Origin: the human T2T-CHM13v2.0 reference genome, Homo sapiens
Assembly (NCBI RefSeq): GCF_009914755.1
Contig: NC_060935.1
Reading direction: 5' to 3' (one strand)
Length of the DNA: 64,000 nucleotides
The notes under the pieces were generated by a model. It worked only from the letters and a program-made list of their open reading frames with translations, was not told the origin of the DNA and did no database searches. Below, one piece after another: positions 15,238-42,492 of this stretch. The position numbers and the translations under genes were made by a program. Position 1 is the first letter of the stretch. Every line of letters begins with the position of its first letter.

Positions 15238-15540
15238 GGCCAGTCTCAGTGGCTCATACCTATAAACTCAGCACTTTAGGAGGCCGAGGCAGGAGGTTCA
15301 CTTGAGGCCAAGAGTTTGAGACCAGCCTGGGAAACATAGCGAGACCCCATCTCTATAAAAAAAATAAAAAACAAAAAATTAGCCAGGTGTGATGGTGCAC
15401 ATCTGTGGTCACAGCTCCTCAGGAGGCTGAGGTGGGAAGATCCGTTGAGTCCAGGAGGTAGAGGTCACAGTGAGCTATGATTGAGCCACTGCACTCCAGC
15501 CTGGGCAACAGAGTAAGACCCTGTCTCTTAAAAATAAAAG
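15238..15540 (+). mobile_element. AluJ-type
   Basis: Alu consensus with J-type features. Confidence 0.9.
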
Positions 15541-15771
15541 ATGACTGGAGCACTCAGCTATGTCTTAGCCAAATAGTGTCATACTTTGAGGTATAAAAAG
15601 GGCTTGTTATCATCCTACTGGCATTCAGTTCTCTCTGCCTTGACTCACTGATAAATGCCCTCAAGGCTGGGTCAGGACCTTGCCCTGGCACAGGGCTGGG
15701 CACAGCCAACCCACATCATACGAGCTGATGGGTGCTGAGTACTCATTCATGCCAAGCATGCCTCTGAATCC

Positions 15772-15945
15772 TGTTTTGTTTTGTTTTTTTAAGAGCTGAG
15801 GTCTCACTTTGTTGCCCAGGCTGGAGTGTAGTGGCTATTCATAGGCATCATTATAGTGCACTGCTTGACCTCCTGGCCTCAGGTGATCCTCCTGCCTCAG
15901 CCTCTTGAGTGGCTGGGACCACAGGCATGTGCCGCCACGTCTGGC
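15772..15945 (-). mobile_element. FAM (free Alu monomer)
   Basis: Monomer retaining the 7SL-derived GGCTATTCATAGGC segment absent from dimeric Alus. Confidence 0.8.
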
Positions 15946-16409
15946 TCCAGATATTTTCTAAGCATGGGCTTTCTTAATCCTCCACCATCCCTATGGGATG
16001 GGACCTATTGTTGTCTGCAGAAATCAAAACACAGAGAGGATGGATAGCTTGCTCAAGGTTAACACAATTAGTAACCCATGGGAGCTGAGATCCCATCACA
16101 GGAAGACACCAGAATCAATGATTTTCACTGCTAGTCCATGTCACCTTCCAAACAAGAGCAGAGAGAAAGAGGGGAAGGGATTGTGTTAGACCAGCATTTG
16201 CCATGCTTTCTTCTGCTGCTAGAGAGAGTGGTAGATGCTCCTCAGGGAAAATCAAAGCAAAAAGAAAAGAAAACAAAGGGAGGAAAAAAAAAAGTCATGG
16301 TCAAATAGGTTTGGAAAAAAGTGAGTTAAATGAAGTTTAAGCAAGGTTTAGGTTTCTTGACTATCTGGTTTCTAAAATCTATTTAAATGCTAATGAAGTT
16401 ATATATCTG

Positions 16410-18490
<2,081 letters not shown>

Positions 18491-18809
18491 TGACCACCTC
18501 AGTGGCTTAATCAAAAAGAGGCAACATGACTGAAAAGGCATTATGTGATTCAATGTTCTTTAAAGCCAAAGCCAGAACCTACCGAGGGGCATCAGGTGAA
18601 CACCATCCAACGTCATGTCAATGTAGTCCAACCATCCCAGCTTTGGGGAAGCACTTCTCTCTCCTTCGTGATTGGGCCCCATGTCCAAGTAGGAGCCAAG
18701 ACTGAACCACGGACTTCCTGACTCCCAGGCCAGAGCTCTCTGAGGGTGGGGTCTTCACCTCATGCTGGGCTGGGGCATGACCAGGTCTGCTTGTCTTCTC
18801 TTTCCAGAG

Positions 18810-19541
18810 ATGGAGCAGAAGGAAGGGAAGCTCTCTGAGGATGGGACCACCGTCTCCCCAGCTGCGGACAACCCTGAGATGTCAGGAGGTGGAGCCCCTG
18901 CAGAGGAGACCAAAGGCACAGCTGGAAAGGCCATCAATGAGGGGCCTCCCACTGAGTCAGGAAAGCAGGAAAAGGCACCAGCCGAGGACGGCATGTCAGC
19001 AGAACTCCAGGGGGAAGCAAATGGATTAGATGAGGTCAAAGTGGAATCTCAGAGGGAGGCTGGTGGGAAAGAGGATGCTGAGGCTGAACTTAAAAAGGAG
19101 GATGGTGAGAAGGAAGAGACCACTGTGGGTTCTCAGGAGATGACTGGCAGGAAAGAAGAGACCAAATCTGAACCCAAAGAGGCTGAGGAAAAGGAGAGCA
19201 CGCTGGCCTCTGAGAAGCAGAAGGCTGAGGAGAAAGAGGCCAAACCTGAATCTGGGCAGAAAGCCGATGCCAATGACAGAGACAAGCCTGAACCTAAGGC
19301 AACAGTTGAGGAGGAGGACGCCAAGACAGCCTCTCAGGAGGAGACAGGCCAGAGGAAAGAGTGCAGCACTGAACCCAAGGAGAAGGCTACTGATGAAGAG
19401 GCCAAGGCTGAATCGCAGAAGGCTGTTGTGGAGGATGAGGCTAAGGCTGAACCCAAGGAGCCCGATGGGAAAGAGGAGGCCAAACATGGTGCAAAAGAGG
19501 AGGCTGATGCAAAAGAGGAGGCGGAGGATGCAGAGGAGGCA
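18810..19541 (+). CDS. SMTNL1: SMTNL1 coding exon 1: acidic, disordered N-terminus (aa 1-244)
   Basis: tttccag|AG ATG GAG CAG AAG; MEQKEGKLSEDG...EDAEEA; donor GCA|GTGAGT; 732 nt. Confidence 0.96.
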
Positions 19542-19790
19542 GTGAGTGAGGCAGGAAAGGAGCAAGGAGGCTCTGTCGTCTCCTGCTTCTGGAAGCAAGC
19601 CCCCTCTGCTTCAGTCAGTTGGGAAAGTCCAGTTTTCCTCCTGATGATTTCCAGAGCCCAGGGTGGGGGAGGGGGGACAAGGAGTGCAGCACCGTAGTCC
19701 CAGGCTGCCTTTCAGAACTTTCTGAAGTCCTCATGAAGCCAGGGCAGGTGCTGTGTGACCATGAGCTCACGCAGATCATGCTCATTCCAG

Positions 19791-19923
19791 GAGCCAGGCA
19801 GTCCCAGCGAAGAGCAGGAGCAGGACGTGGAAAAAGAGCCAGAGGGAGGGGCAGGGGTGATTCCCAGCTCCCCAGAGGAGTGGCCTGAGAGCCCCACTGG
19901 GGAGGGGCACAACCTCAGCACAG
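19791..19923 (+). CDS. SMTNL1: SMTNL1 coding exon 2
   Basis: ttccag|GAG CCA GGC; EPGSPSEEQEQ...HNLST; donor G|GTGAGT; 133 nt, phase consistent. Confidence 0.95.
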
Positions 19924-20035
19924 GTGAGTGAGAGCCCAGAGCCCATGGGATGCTGCAGAGGCCACCTGGGGGAGGGGCGCAAGAAGCATGCCATGGATAG
20001 CCCCAGCTTCCCTCCCTCCTTTCACTTTCCTCCAG

Positions 20036-20087
20036 ATGGGCTGGGTCCAGACTGTGTAGCTTCCGGACAGACCAGTCCTTCAGCCAG
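20036..20087 (+). CDS. SMTNL1: SMTNL1 coding exon 3
   Basis: Long pyrimidine tract, cctccag|AT GGG; [17 protein letters not shown]; donor AG|GTAATG; 52 nt. Confidence 0.94.
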
Positions 20088-20264
20088 GTAATGTCAAACT
20101 CTGGGGCTCCAGCTCCAATTCCCCCTACCTCCTGCTTCCCTCAGCGTCCACCATCAACTCAGTCTGGGTTCCCCCAGCACCTGATTTCAAGATATTCGAG
20201 GATTCCTGGCATTCAGCTTCCTATCCCAGGGCAGAGCCCAGGAAACAAAAGAAGCCAGAGGCAT

Positions 20265-21816
<1,552 letters not shown>

Positions 21817-22048
21817 TCAGACCTCAGAGGTGTCCTAGCTCTACCCACATGTCCTCACCAGACCACATTCTCCCCCAAGTTAGACTGAGACTCACGATTC
21901 CTTCTCAATGTCCTCCCAGTGCTGGGCACAGCTGCACACACCCCCTTAGACTGCAGTGCCACCCACCCTCCAGCCCCACAGCCCCCTCCCTGTGTCCTGC
22001 AGTGCTGGTCCCAGCCTCTCTCACACGTCTTTGGACTTCTCCATATAG

Positions 22049-22204
22049 TGAGTCTTCACCCAGCGACGTGCCCCAGAGTCCCCCTGAGTCCCCTTCCTCA
22101 GGGGAGAAGAAGGAGAAGGCACCAGAGCGCAGGGTATCAGCCCCTGCTCGGCCCCGGGGGCCCGGGGCACAGAACCGCAAAGCCATCGTGGACAAGTTTG
22201 GCGG
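22049..22204 (+). CDS. SMTNL1: SMTNL1 coding exon 4 (PKA/PKG motif RRVS, Ser336)
   Basis: catatag|T GAG TCT; ESSPSDVPQ...ERRVSAPARPRGPGAQNRKAIVDKFG; donor GG|GTAGGA. Confidence 0.96.
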
Positions 22205-22400
22205 GTAGGACACAGGCCAGGGGCTGGGCTGGGCTTTCCCATAGGAACCCTGGGTTGGTGGGAGGGTGGCCTCAGGGGCAGTGGGAACAGCCCAGGCCAA
22301 GGCAGGAGGACTGACACCTGGGGGCTGGGGATCCTCCCAGTGGGGCCCTTCATAGCCTCCTGCCTCTCTGGCTTGGCCTTGCACCCCTCTCCCCTCACAG

Positions 22401-22515
22401 GGCAGCTTCCGGCCCCACGGCCTTGTTCCGCAACACTAAGGCAGCCGGGGCAGCCATTGGTGGTGTCAAGAACATGCTCTTGGAGTGGTGCCGAGCCATG
22501 ACAAAAAAATACGAG
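22401..22515 (+). CDS. SMTNL1: SMTNL1 coding exon 5 (start of calponin-homology domain)
   Basis: ctcacag|G GCA GCT; AASGPTALFRNTK...KNMLLEWCRAMTKKYE; donor GAG|GTGGGC. Confidence 0.97.
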
Positions 22516-22668
22516 GTGGGCATGGGGCAGAGCTGCGTGGGTGGGGCAGGGGTCCAGGGAGGGTCCAAGTGGTGCAAACCCCAAAGGGTGGGAGGGTGGG
22601 AAGGGGGCCAAGTCCAGGCCATCTGGCTGAGCCTCACTGAGGCCTCCTCTGTGCCCTGCCTGCCATAG

Positions 22669-22821
<153 letters not shown>

Positions 22822-23019
22822 TAAGCCACAGCCATGGGCTGGCAGAGCTGGATGGGAGCCTAGGCGAGGACTGGATTCACAGGGGTTGAGTAGTGAGGCA
22901 GTTACACCGATGCTGGTGCCACACATTCATGTATCCAACAGACATTTTTTGAGGGCCAGGCACTGTTTCAGGCCCTGGGGATACAGCAGTGGGTGAAAAA
23001 GACAAAAATCTCTGCTTGA

Positions 23020-25855
<2,836 letters not shown>

Positions 25856-26135
25856 TGAATTATTCACTGGTGTTGGCTTTGGGGTTACCTGTCTACATCC
25901 TGTGACCTACCTAAAGGAAGCCACAGCACCTGGCCTGGGTTTGTCTTAACTCTGTTGGGGTCTCAGTTATCTCATCTAGATATATAATGGGATGATTGGC
26001 TTAGATGATCTCCCAGCCCCAACATCCCAGCCCATCCTATGGGCTTCGTCATTGCTGGGCTGCCTGCACCCATCCCCTTGGCTCCCATATCCTTCACCTT
26101 TGACCTTCTGCTCCTCATTCCACCCCATTCCTTAG

Positions 26136-26280
26136 GAAACTGGCTGACTGTGCTCAGCTGCTGGACGTGGATGACATGGTGCGGTTGGCTGTGCCCGACT
26201 CCAAGTGCGTCTACACATACATCCAGGAACTGTACCGCAGCCTTGTGCAGAAAGGACTGGTGAAGACCAAGAAGAAGTGA
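26136..26280 (+). CDS. SMTNL1: SMTNL1 last coding exon
   Basis: ccttag|G AAA CTG; KLADCAQLLDVDDMVRLAVPDSKCVYTYIQELYRSLVQKGLVKTKKK*; spliced total 494 aa. Confidence 0.98.
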
Positions 26281-26416
26281 GGAGGTGACTGGCTCTGTGG
26301 GCAGAGATGGGCAGGGTGCCCAGCTCAGCAGCCACGGCCCGGGGGTTCCCTTCTGCTCCATGGAGGCACCAGAGCCAGGGGCTTAGGCAAGGGTGTGTGG
26401 CGTTGGTTTTAACTGC

Positions 26417-26422
26417 ATTAAA
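26417..26422 (+). terminator. SMTNL1 polyadenylation signal ATTAAA
   Basis: ATTAAA about 137 nt after the stop; a further AATAAA at 26499-26504. Confidence 0.65.
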
Positions 26423-27290
26423 AGTACTTTTGTAAAATCCTGTCTGGCCCCTCAGTGCTCTCTCCATACTTGGCCCAGGAACCTCTGCACTCTGGGATAA
26501 TAAACTCTGGCCATAGGGGATTCCTCACCTGCTGAGGTCTCAATAACTGCGCAAGGTGTTTGGGAAAGGACAATGGCCTGGTTCCCACCACTAACCAGCT
26601 GTGTGACACATACAGTTAACCTCTCTGGGCCCCAGTTTACAGTCTGAAAGGGGATAATGAGAGTTCCAACCTTATGAAGGTGTTGCAAGAGTTAAACGAG
26701 ATAATGAAATGGGCAAAAAGCTTTGCCCAGTCCTGCCACTCAAGTGTTCAGTAAGTGGTCGCCAAAAATAAAAAACTTACATTTTGACTCTGGTGGCACT
26801 TCTTCTGGTTATCTTCCCCTCTTTTCACACTTCTTCTCAGGTTAGGGGACTCCAGGGCAGGAGCTGGAGAAGATTCTCTAGAAACTAGTGGGATCTGGGT
26901 GACTTCCTTGACTCAAATCACCCCATATTCTATCTCTGAAAAGCCAGCAGTATTCCAGGAGCTTACAACAATTGCAACCAGAAAGTTCTTCTTCTGGGTT
27001 AAGTTAATCCCTTAACTGAAGTTAATCCCTGGCTGAAGTTTTGGCTTGTTTTTGTTTTTCCATTGCTCATGAGATACAAACCCCTGAGCTGATTACAATT
27101 TCCTGCTAACTATCCAGTCTGGCTTTATCAGCCATTTGGGGCATGTGTGCTGATGAAAGCAGCTCATGAAAAATACAGAAAACAAAACACACCCCAGCCA
27201 TAACCCTGGCTCACCTGCAGGGGTGTGGATTGGCAGAGTGGACCCCAGCAATCCACTGAAGTGCTCTGTGCCTCAATTGCCTCATCTTTA

Positions 27291-27630
<340 letters not shown>

Positions 27631-27841
27631 TGGGGACATCACCCCTGTGGACCTTCTGAAAGCTCCTCTGTCCAAGGATGGCCTATTTTTCCATGGCCAA
27701 CATTCCTTATGATGTTTAGGGAACATTCAAGGGAAGCAAGGTCAGAAATTTATGCTTAAATCCCTAGTCCTCTATGGTCCTGATGAAACCACCCCATCCC
27801 CTCATCAAAGACTCAGCTGCACTCCAGAATTCATCTCTGAC

Positions 27842-27847
27842 TTTAAT
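27842..27847 (-). terminator. UBE2L6 candidate polyadenylation signal ATTAAA
   Basis: tttaat on plus strand, about 680 nt past the stop. Confidence 0.5.
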
Positions 27848-28525
27848 GGCTTAAGCAAGAACATGGTTTCCGTGGCTCCCCCTGGACTGAATGCTGGAGG
27901 ATATATACTTCACAGTCTGAGGCCTGGTCCCAGGAACTGGCAATCTAACAGGATGGCAAGTGGTTTTGAAACATATAGATTTTCAGGATGGAAGTTTGAT
28001 TCTTCAGATTGTGACTCATCCGTGGAAAATAAACGGTTTAGCACCTAAATCTGTATATTCCCATCAGTGGCTTGGCTGACTCAGTTGTAAATAGGGTACC
28101 CTCCATCTGTCTCCCACCCATATGCTCCACTGTCCCCAGGCCCTCAGTGCCTGAGCCCTAGGGGGATTCGAGTTGGCTGCTGGATTCATTTCCTGCAAGC
28201 AGGCCTGCAAGGTGACCTGTCTCTCTAAGATGGAGAGCTGGAGAACTGGCCTGTAACTGCAAACTTAAACTCCCTTGGCTCTGGGGAATGTAAAGGGTGT
28301 GGGAAGGGTGCACCTGTGGCCAGGTGAACCTGGGAGTGAGTCCATACACAACACACACACTCATAGCTCCCTTCCCTCCACCACACACACACACAAACTA
28401 ATGACTAACAACCTAAGAAGGGAAAAATGAATGGGGAATGGGCCACAGGGGGCTCTGGCCTCAGTCCATGAGGTGTGTCCGTCCGCTATGCCGAGGATCC
28501 AGTGCACAGAGGGTCAGAACATGAG

Positions 28526-28677
28526 TTAGGAGGGCCGGTCCACTCCGAATCGGAGGGTGAACTCTTCGGCATTCTTTCTGAACAGCTCCGGATTCTGTGT
28601 CAGCAGGTCAGCGAGGTCCATCCGCAGGGGCTCCCTGATATTCGGTCTATTCACCAGCACATTGAGGGCCTCCAGGA
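28526..28677 (-). CDS. UBE2L6: UBE2L6 exon 4 (last)
   Basis: ccccag|TC CTG GAG; [50 protein letters not shown]; spliced total 153 aa. Confidence 0.98.
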
Positions 28678-29311
28678 CTGGGGAGAGACAGGCCAGATCA
28701 GGATATCAGGGCAGAGGGAAGGGAGTCATGGCTGCCCGCTCCCAATGTCCTGACACTCCACACTCACTCCTTGGGGGAAAGGTTACATCGCTTAGGATTA
28801 CTCTACGACCAGATCAAACGCCCCGCTCATTCTTGGCTGGTGACACCCAAGGCCTTGACTGATTACATCAGTGGTTTTCAAACAACTACATTCCATGGCT
28901 TCAGAGAAGCTCCTCATCACAGGGGCCACTGAGATAAGTGAGGTTTCTGGGTCTTATCCCCATTTCAACAAAAACTGCTCTGTTTTCCTCCATTATATTG
29001 GTAGTCCAAATAAACTTTTCCTTGGGCAAAAGAGGTCTAAGGCTGAAGACTGAAAACCACCACTGCCCCCTGGCTCTTCATCTTTCACAGATGCCTTTGG
29101 GAACCTAGTGAAGGCAGCAGCCCATCTCCCGAGACAGATGTGCACATCCACATGCAAAACAGACAGTTCCCAGACCCCCTGAAGCTCATCCAAGGACCAC
29201 TCCTCTCCCTGCTCCCACTCCCACCAACCTAAGGACTTTCATTTCCTGAGTTAAAAACTCCTGAGCTGGTCCAGGTGGAGGATTGCACACTGATTCAGCC
29301 ACAGGCTCTAG

Positions 29312-30103
<792 letters not shown>

Positions 30104-30604
30104 TCACATGCCTCAGATGTCCGGGTCTACTAAACAACACTACCTCACGGGCTTGTTGGGGAAATAAAAATGAAGTCGGCAGGTGATGTTTTTAGCACAG
30201 TGCCGAAAGTGCTCGGTCAAGTGACAGGTATTATCATTATGAGGCCAGTTCCCTCCACTGTCATTTAGGACACCGAGTCCCAGAAAGGAACGAAAACTTG
30301 CCCAAAGTCCACAGAGGGAACAGCGGGCTTTCTTTTCCCGAGCCCTTCCCTGTGCAGCCAAGCTGCCTCTCCCATGAACCGCAGCAACGTTCCTCTGTCA
30401 CAACTGCACAGGTATAAGAAGAGAGGCAGGAGGAGGTCAGTCTGTCCAGGAAGCATCCCTTCTATCTCATAGTAAGTTCAGCCAAGACTCACAATTTTTA
30501 TCTCCGCTCTTTGGGGCTTTTCAAGCTCAGAATAAGCTGTGAACCCCCTCTCCAGTAATCTCTACCCAGTATCAGTCCCTCCTCCAAGCAAAGCCCAACC
30601 CCAC

Positions 30605-30791
30605 CTTGGCAAGTCTTGGTGCAAGGCTTCCAGTTCTCACTGCTGATGATGGGCAGGCAAATCTGTCCGTTCTCGTCCACGTTGGGGTGGTAGATCTTGG
30701 TTGTGAATTTGATCATGGGAGGCTTGAACGGATACTCCGGCGGGAAGCTGATGCGCAGGTTGAAGGCTTTCAGGTGGTAGGGAGGTTGGTC
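30605..30791 (-). CDS. UBE2L6: UBE2L6 exon 3 (HPN motif, catalytic Cys86)
   Basis: gcacag|GAC CAA; [49 protein letters not shown]...TKTCQ; donor G|GTGGGG; UBC fold signature. Confidence 0.99.
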
Positions 30792-31231
30792 CTGTGCAGA
30801 GAGAAAAGGGGTCAAGCTCCAGTCTGGTTTTCCTCCCTTCCTGCCCCAATCCGAGGGTCCTAGGCATCCTCTGCTTCACTCCCAGGAGGAATCATGAGCC
30901 AGGACACACACAGCACCTGCATTCATTTGACAATTGAGTCATGGATTAGTGAAAATGTGAAATCACCAAAGGGCACTGGCCTGGGAGGCAGAGAAGTCTG
31001 ATCCTGGCTTTTGCTGTGTGACCACGGGTGAGCCACTTCCCACCTCTAGGCCTCAGTTTCCTCATTTGAAAAGTGGATAAAGAGGACTAGATGAGCTCTA
31101 AGGACCATCTCAGCTTTCAAGACTTTCTGAGATTATGGAAGAAAAGGATGGAACATCCTTTCTTAAAACATTAGAATGGGGGTGAGGAAATGGAGAAAAT
31201 GAGGAAATCCTAAGAACTCAGGAGCTTAGGA

Positions 31232-32135
31232 AAATAAAATGGTGCAGCTGTGATGGAAAACAGTATGGCCATTTCTCAAAAGATTAGACACAGAATTACC
31301 ATATGATCCAGCAGTTCTACTTCTGGGTAGACACCCAAAGAACTGAAAGCAAACAGGTATTTGTATACCAATGTTTCTAGCAGCCAAAAGGTGAAAGCAA
31401 ACCAAGTGTCTATCAATGGATCAATCAACAAAACGTGGCATATACACACAATGGAGTATTATTTAGCCTTAAAAGGAATGAAATTCTGATATATGCTACA
31501 ACACGGATGAACCTTGAAGACACTATGCTACAGGAAATAAGCTAGACAAAAAAAGGACAGATTTGCAAGATACCACTTATGTGCAGTACCCAGAATAGTC
31601 AAATTCATAGAAACAAAATACAAAAGTGGTCATGAGGTGCTGGGGAAAGAAAGGAATGGGGAGTTACTGAAGGGGTACAGAGTTTCAGTACAGGTAGACA
31701 AAAAGTTCTAGAGATGAACGGTGGTGATGGTTGTGCAACAATGTGTGTTTGTTTGTTTACTGAAGCAGGGTCTCGCTCTGTCACCCAGGCTGGAGTGCAC
31801 TGGCATTATCATTGCTCACTGTAATCTCAAACTTCTGGGCTCAAGTGATCCTCCCACCTCAGCCTCCTGAGTAGCTGGTACTACAGGGGCCCACCACCAT
31901 ATCTGGCTAATTAAAAAAATTTTTTTGATAGGGTCTCACTGTGCCAGGGCTGGTCTTGAACTCCTGGACTTGAGCAATCCTTTTGCTCTGGCCTCCAGAT
32001 TACTGGGATTACGAGCGTGAGCCACCATGCCCAGCTGTAATCCTATTTAATCCTATTTAATGACACTGAACTATATACTTAAAAATGGTTAAGATAGTAA
32101 ATTTTGTTATGTGTATTTTACTATGATTAAAAACA
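31232..32135 (+). mobile_element. L1M 3' end with inserted AluJ (31745-32036-)
   Basis: aaaatggtgcagctgtgatggaaaacagtatgg...cacttatg...aaaatggttaagatagtaaattttgttatgtgtatttta. Confidence 0.9.
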
Positions 32136-32310
32136 AACAAACTCAGGGGCTGGAGTGACCTAGGGGTTGGGAGCTGCAAGGAGCCAGCAGAAGACCCTCT
32201 AGACTTTGAGCCACCTGAACACTTTTCTGAGCACCTGTCTGTGCTGTCCTGTGCTAAGGGTTTGACATGCATTAGCCTGTGCAACAGAGTATGGGGGTCA
32301 CACAGACTCC

Positions 32311-32508
32311 GGAGCCACCCTGCCTGGGTGTGATTCAACTCTGACACTCACTAGCCATGTGATCTAACTAGGTCAGGTGCGGTGCCTCACGTTTGTAATC
32401 CCAGCACTTGGAGCCACCCTGCCTGGGTGTGATTCGGCTCTGACACTCACTAGCCATGTGATCTAACTAGGCCGGGCACGATGGCTCACGTTTGTAATCC
32501 CAGCACTT
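32311..32508 (+). repeat. 99-bp tandem duplication (MIR-like flank plus Alu head), followed by Alu 32470-32780
   Basis: Copies 32311-32409 and 32410-32508, about 8 mismatches. Confidence 0.93.
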
Positions 32509-32910
32509 TGGGAGTCCAAAGTGGGCAGATCCCCTGAGGTCGGGAGTTCAAGACAAACCTGACCAACATGGAGAAACCCTGTCTCTATTAAAAATGCAAA
32601 ATTAGCCGGGTGTGGTGGTGCATGCCTGTAATATCCGCTACACGGGAGGCTGAGGCAAGAACCGAGAGGCAGAAGTTGAACCTGGGAGGCTGACGTTGTG
32701 GTGAGCAGAGATCACACCCTTGCACTCCAGCCTGGGCAACAAGAGCAAAACTCCGTCTCAAAAAAAAAAAAAAAAAAAAGAGAGATGGAGTAAAAAAAAG
32801 TAGGAAGATAAAGAAAATATCTCATTTTTTATGGTCTCAGTAAGGAGAGAAGGCTGTGCCTATCAGTCAGAGAAGGCCAACAGCTGAGGCCTCAGAGCAG
32901 GATGGGAGGG

Positions 32911-33966
<1,056 letters not shown>

Positions 33967-34116
33967 GGGGTATCAGTGTGTCCTGCCTGAAGGGGCTTCT
34001 TTCTGGGCTTCGTAGGACTTAACAGAGGAAGGAGGTAGCAGAGTCATGGAGCTGAGAGCTCCGGGGACCTGTCCCAGCTCTGCCTCGGGCTTGCTGTATG
34101 ACTGAGCTTTCTCTGA

Positions 34117-37083
<2,967 letters not shown>

Positions 37084-38093
37084 GGTGCTGGTGCTTTAAG
37101 TGAATTTTCTGACTGTGGCCTCACCACAACTCTGGTACACCTAGGTACTAGGTGCAGGGAAAAATAGATCACTTCTCCCAGATATTAAAACTTGGGAGTA
37201 AGTGCTCTTAGGAGGCTTTTCTCCTGAAAGCAGGGTACTTAACCTCTGCTCTCTAGCCTTCTTCCTAGAAAGTCACTAGGTTCTAATTCCCTTCCTCTCT
37301 TCCTTTCTTCCTTCCGTAAGCATCGACTGAGCATCTGCAGCAAAGACATGACCCCACCGCTTCAAACTCTGCCAGATCAGGGCTGGAGAAGGGAAATGAC
37401 TCCCGAAGACCATAGCAGAGAAGAACTCTACACACCAAGTGGGGAAACAAGGGGGCAAGGAGTGACTCATCTTCCCAAAACTGTGGCCCAAACACCTGAA
37501 TATCCCTTCTGAATTCTCCCAACAGCCATTACTGAGCATCTTCTACTGACATTTAACTGAGACAGGACCCAGTCCTCAAGAATTTCAATAGAGTAATGGA
37601 CGAAACATGGATGTGATTATGTGAATGTGTATGGATATACGGTAAGGAAGGAGATGAGAGGGGAGAAGGAAGGTTTCACAGAGGGTGCACTCTGTGAGCT
37701 GGGCCATGCAGAATGAACAGGAATCCATAAAGCAGAGAAGGGGAGAAGCACCAGGGCAGAGGGCCCAGATGGGAAACATAAGTACAGTATGTCCTGCAGA
37801 AGGTTAATAGGTAGTACAGGAAAAGGGTTCCAAGGTCAAGTACATTTGGTAAATCTCGGCTAAAGAGGTTTCTTCACTGGAGAACTTCCCACAGCCTTTA
37901 ATATGCTATTGTGTATGGTGATTGACCAAGCTGTGGGCCCACAGCATGCAGTACTTCTCAAATGTATTTGACAAAGGAATGCTGCCCCTCTTTTAGAGTC
38001 CATCTTGTGGGACTACAGGCCTTTTCTTGTTGGGGAAGATAAAGACACTCAAGGGCAGGTCACATTTCTCTGGAACAATGAATTGGTACAAAC

Positions 38094-38234
38094 CAGTGGT
38101 TCTCAACCAGGGGCGATTTTACCCAGCCAGGGACATTCGGTAATATCTGGGAACATTGTTCCGTTGTCATAAATCGGGAGAGTGGATAGAGGCCAGAGAT
38201 GCTGATAAACATCCTAACAAAGAATTATCTGGCC
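38094..38234 (+). mobile_element. MER20 5' part (3' part at 41963-42010)
   Basis: cagtggttctcaaccaggggcgatttt...gaggccagagatgctgataaacatcct...aagaattatctggcc; resumes caaaatgtcagtagtgatgaggttgagaaac. Confidence 0.85.
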
Positions 38235-41962
<3,728 letters not shown>

Positions 41963-42403
41963 AACAGTTATGTGACCCAAAATGTCAGTAGTGATGAGGT
42001 TGAGAAACTGAAGCTCTCCAAACCCAGTCCACAAGTGGGGAGGGGTCCTTTAACACTGTGGACCATTTGAACTTTCTCTGCCTTACCCCCACCCCCAACA
42101 TATAATATAAACACATCCCATGCCCCCCTCCTATCCCTCAGCCTATGTTCTATTTCTGTTCAACCAATAAGCTGCTTCTGGTGCCTTCCACCCAGGGTCA
42201 ATGGCCCTTCATTTATCTTTACCCCAAACTAGAAGCATCTGCACTTGTAAGAGTTTCTCTATCATCTGTGACTCTTTGGCAAGAACAAAGCCCAGGGCTG
42301 ACCGGAGAAGATCTGGAATAGACATTTTCCAGGTCTTGGAAAGATAAAGACACTTGAACTTTATCTGTTTAGGATGAGTTCTGCCAGAACTTTCCCAAAG
42401 CCT

Positions 42404-42492
42404 GAGGAAGTTGAAACCCAACCTAAAACACACAGTTCTTTCCTACTGCCTACTAGGAAATCACCTGACTCAGAGGAACAGAAAATGAAAGT
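42404..42492 (+). promoter_or_regulatory. Candidate PU.1/IRF/AP-1 intronic enhancer
   Basis: GAGGAAGT 42404, TGACTCA 42466, GGAACAGAAA (ETS-IRF composite) 42475 overlapping GAAAATGAAAGT 42481. Confidence 0.5.

Noticed and set aside
19026-19598. 190-aa hydrophobic antisense ORF resembling a membrane protein
   Set aside because: Mirror of the GAG/AAG-rich SMTNL1 exon; the reverse complement gives Leu/Phe/Ser and few stops.
37262-37270. GAS-like TTCCTAGAA in UBE2L6 intron 1
   Set aside because: Single 9-mer without supporting context; expected by chance in 64 kb.
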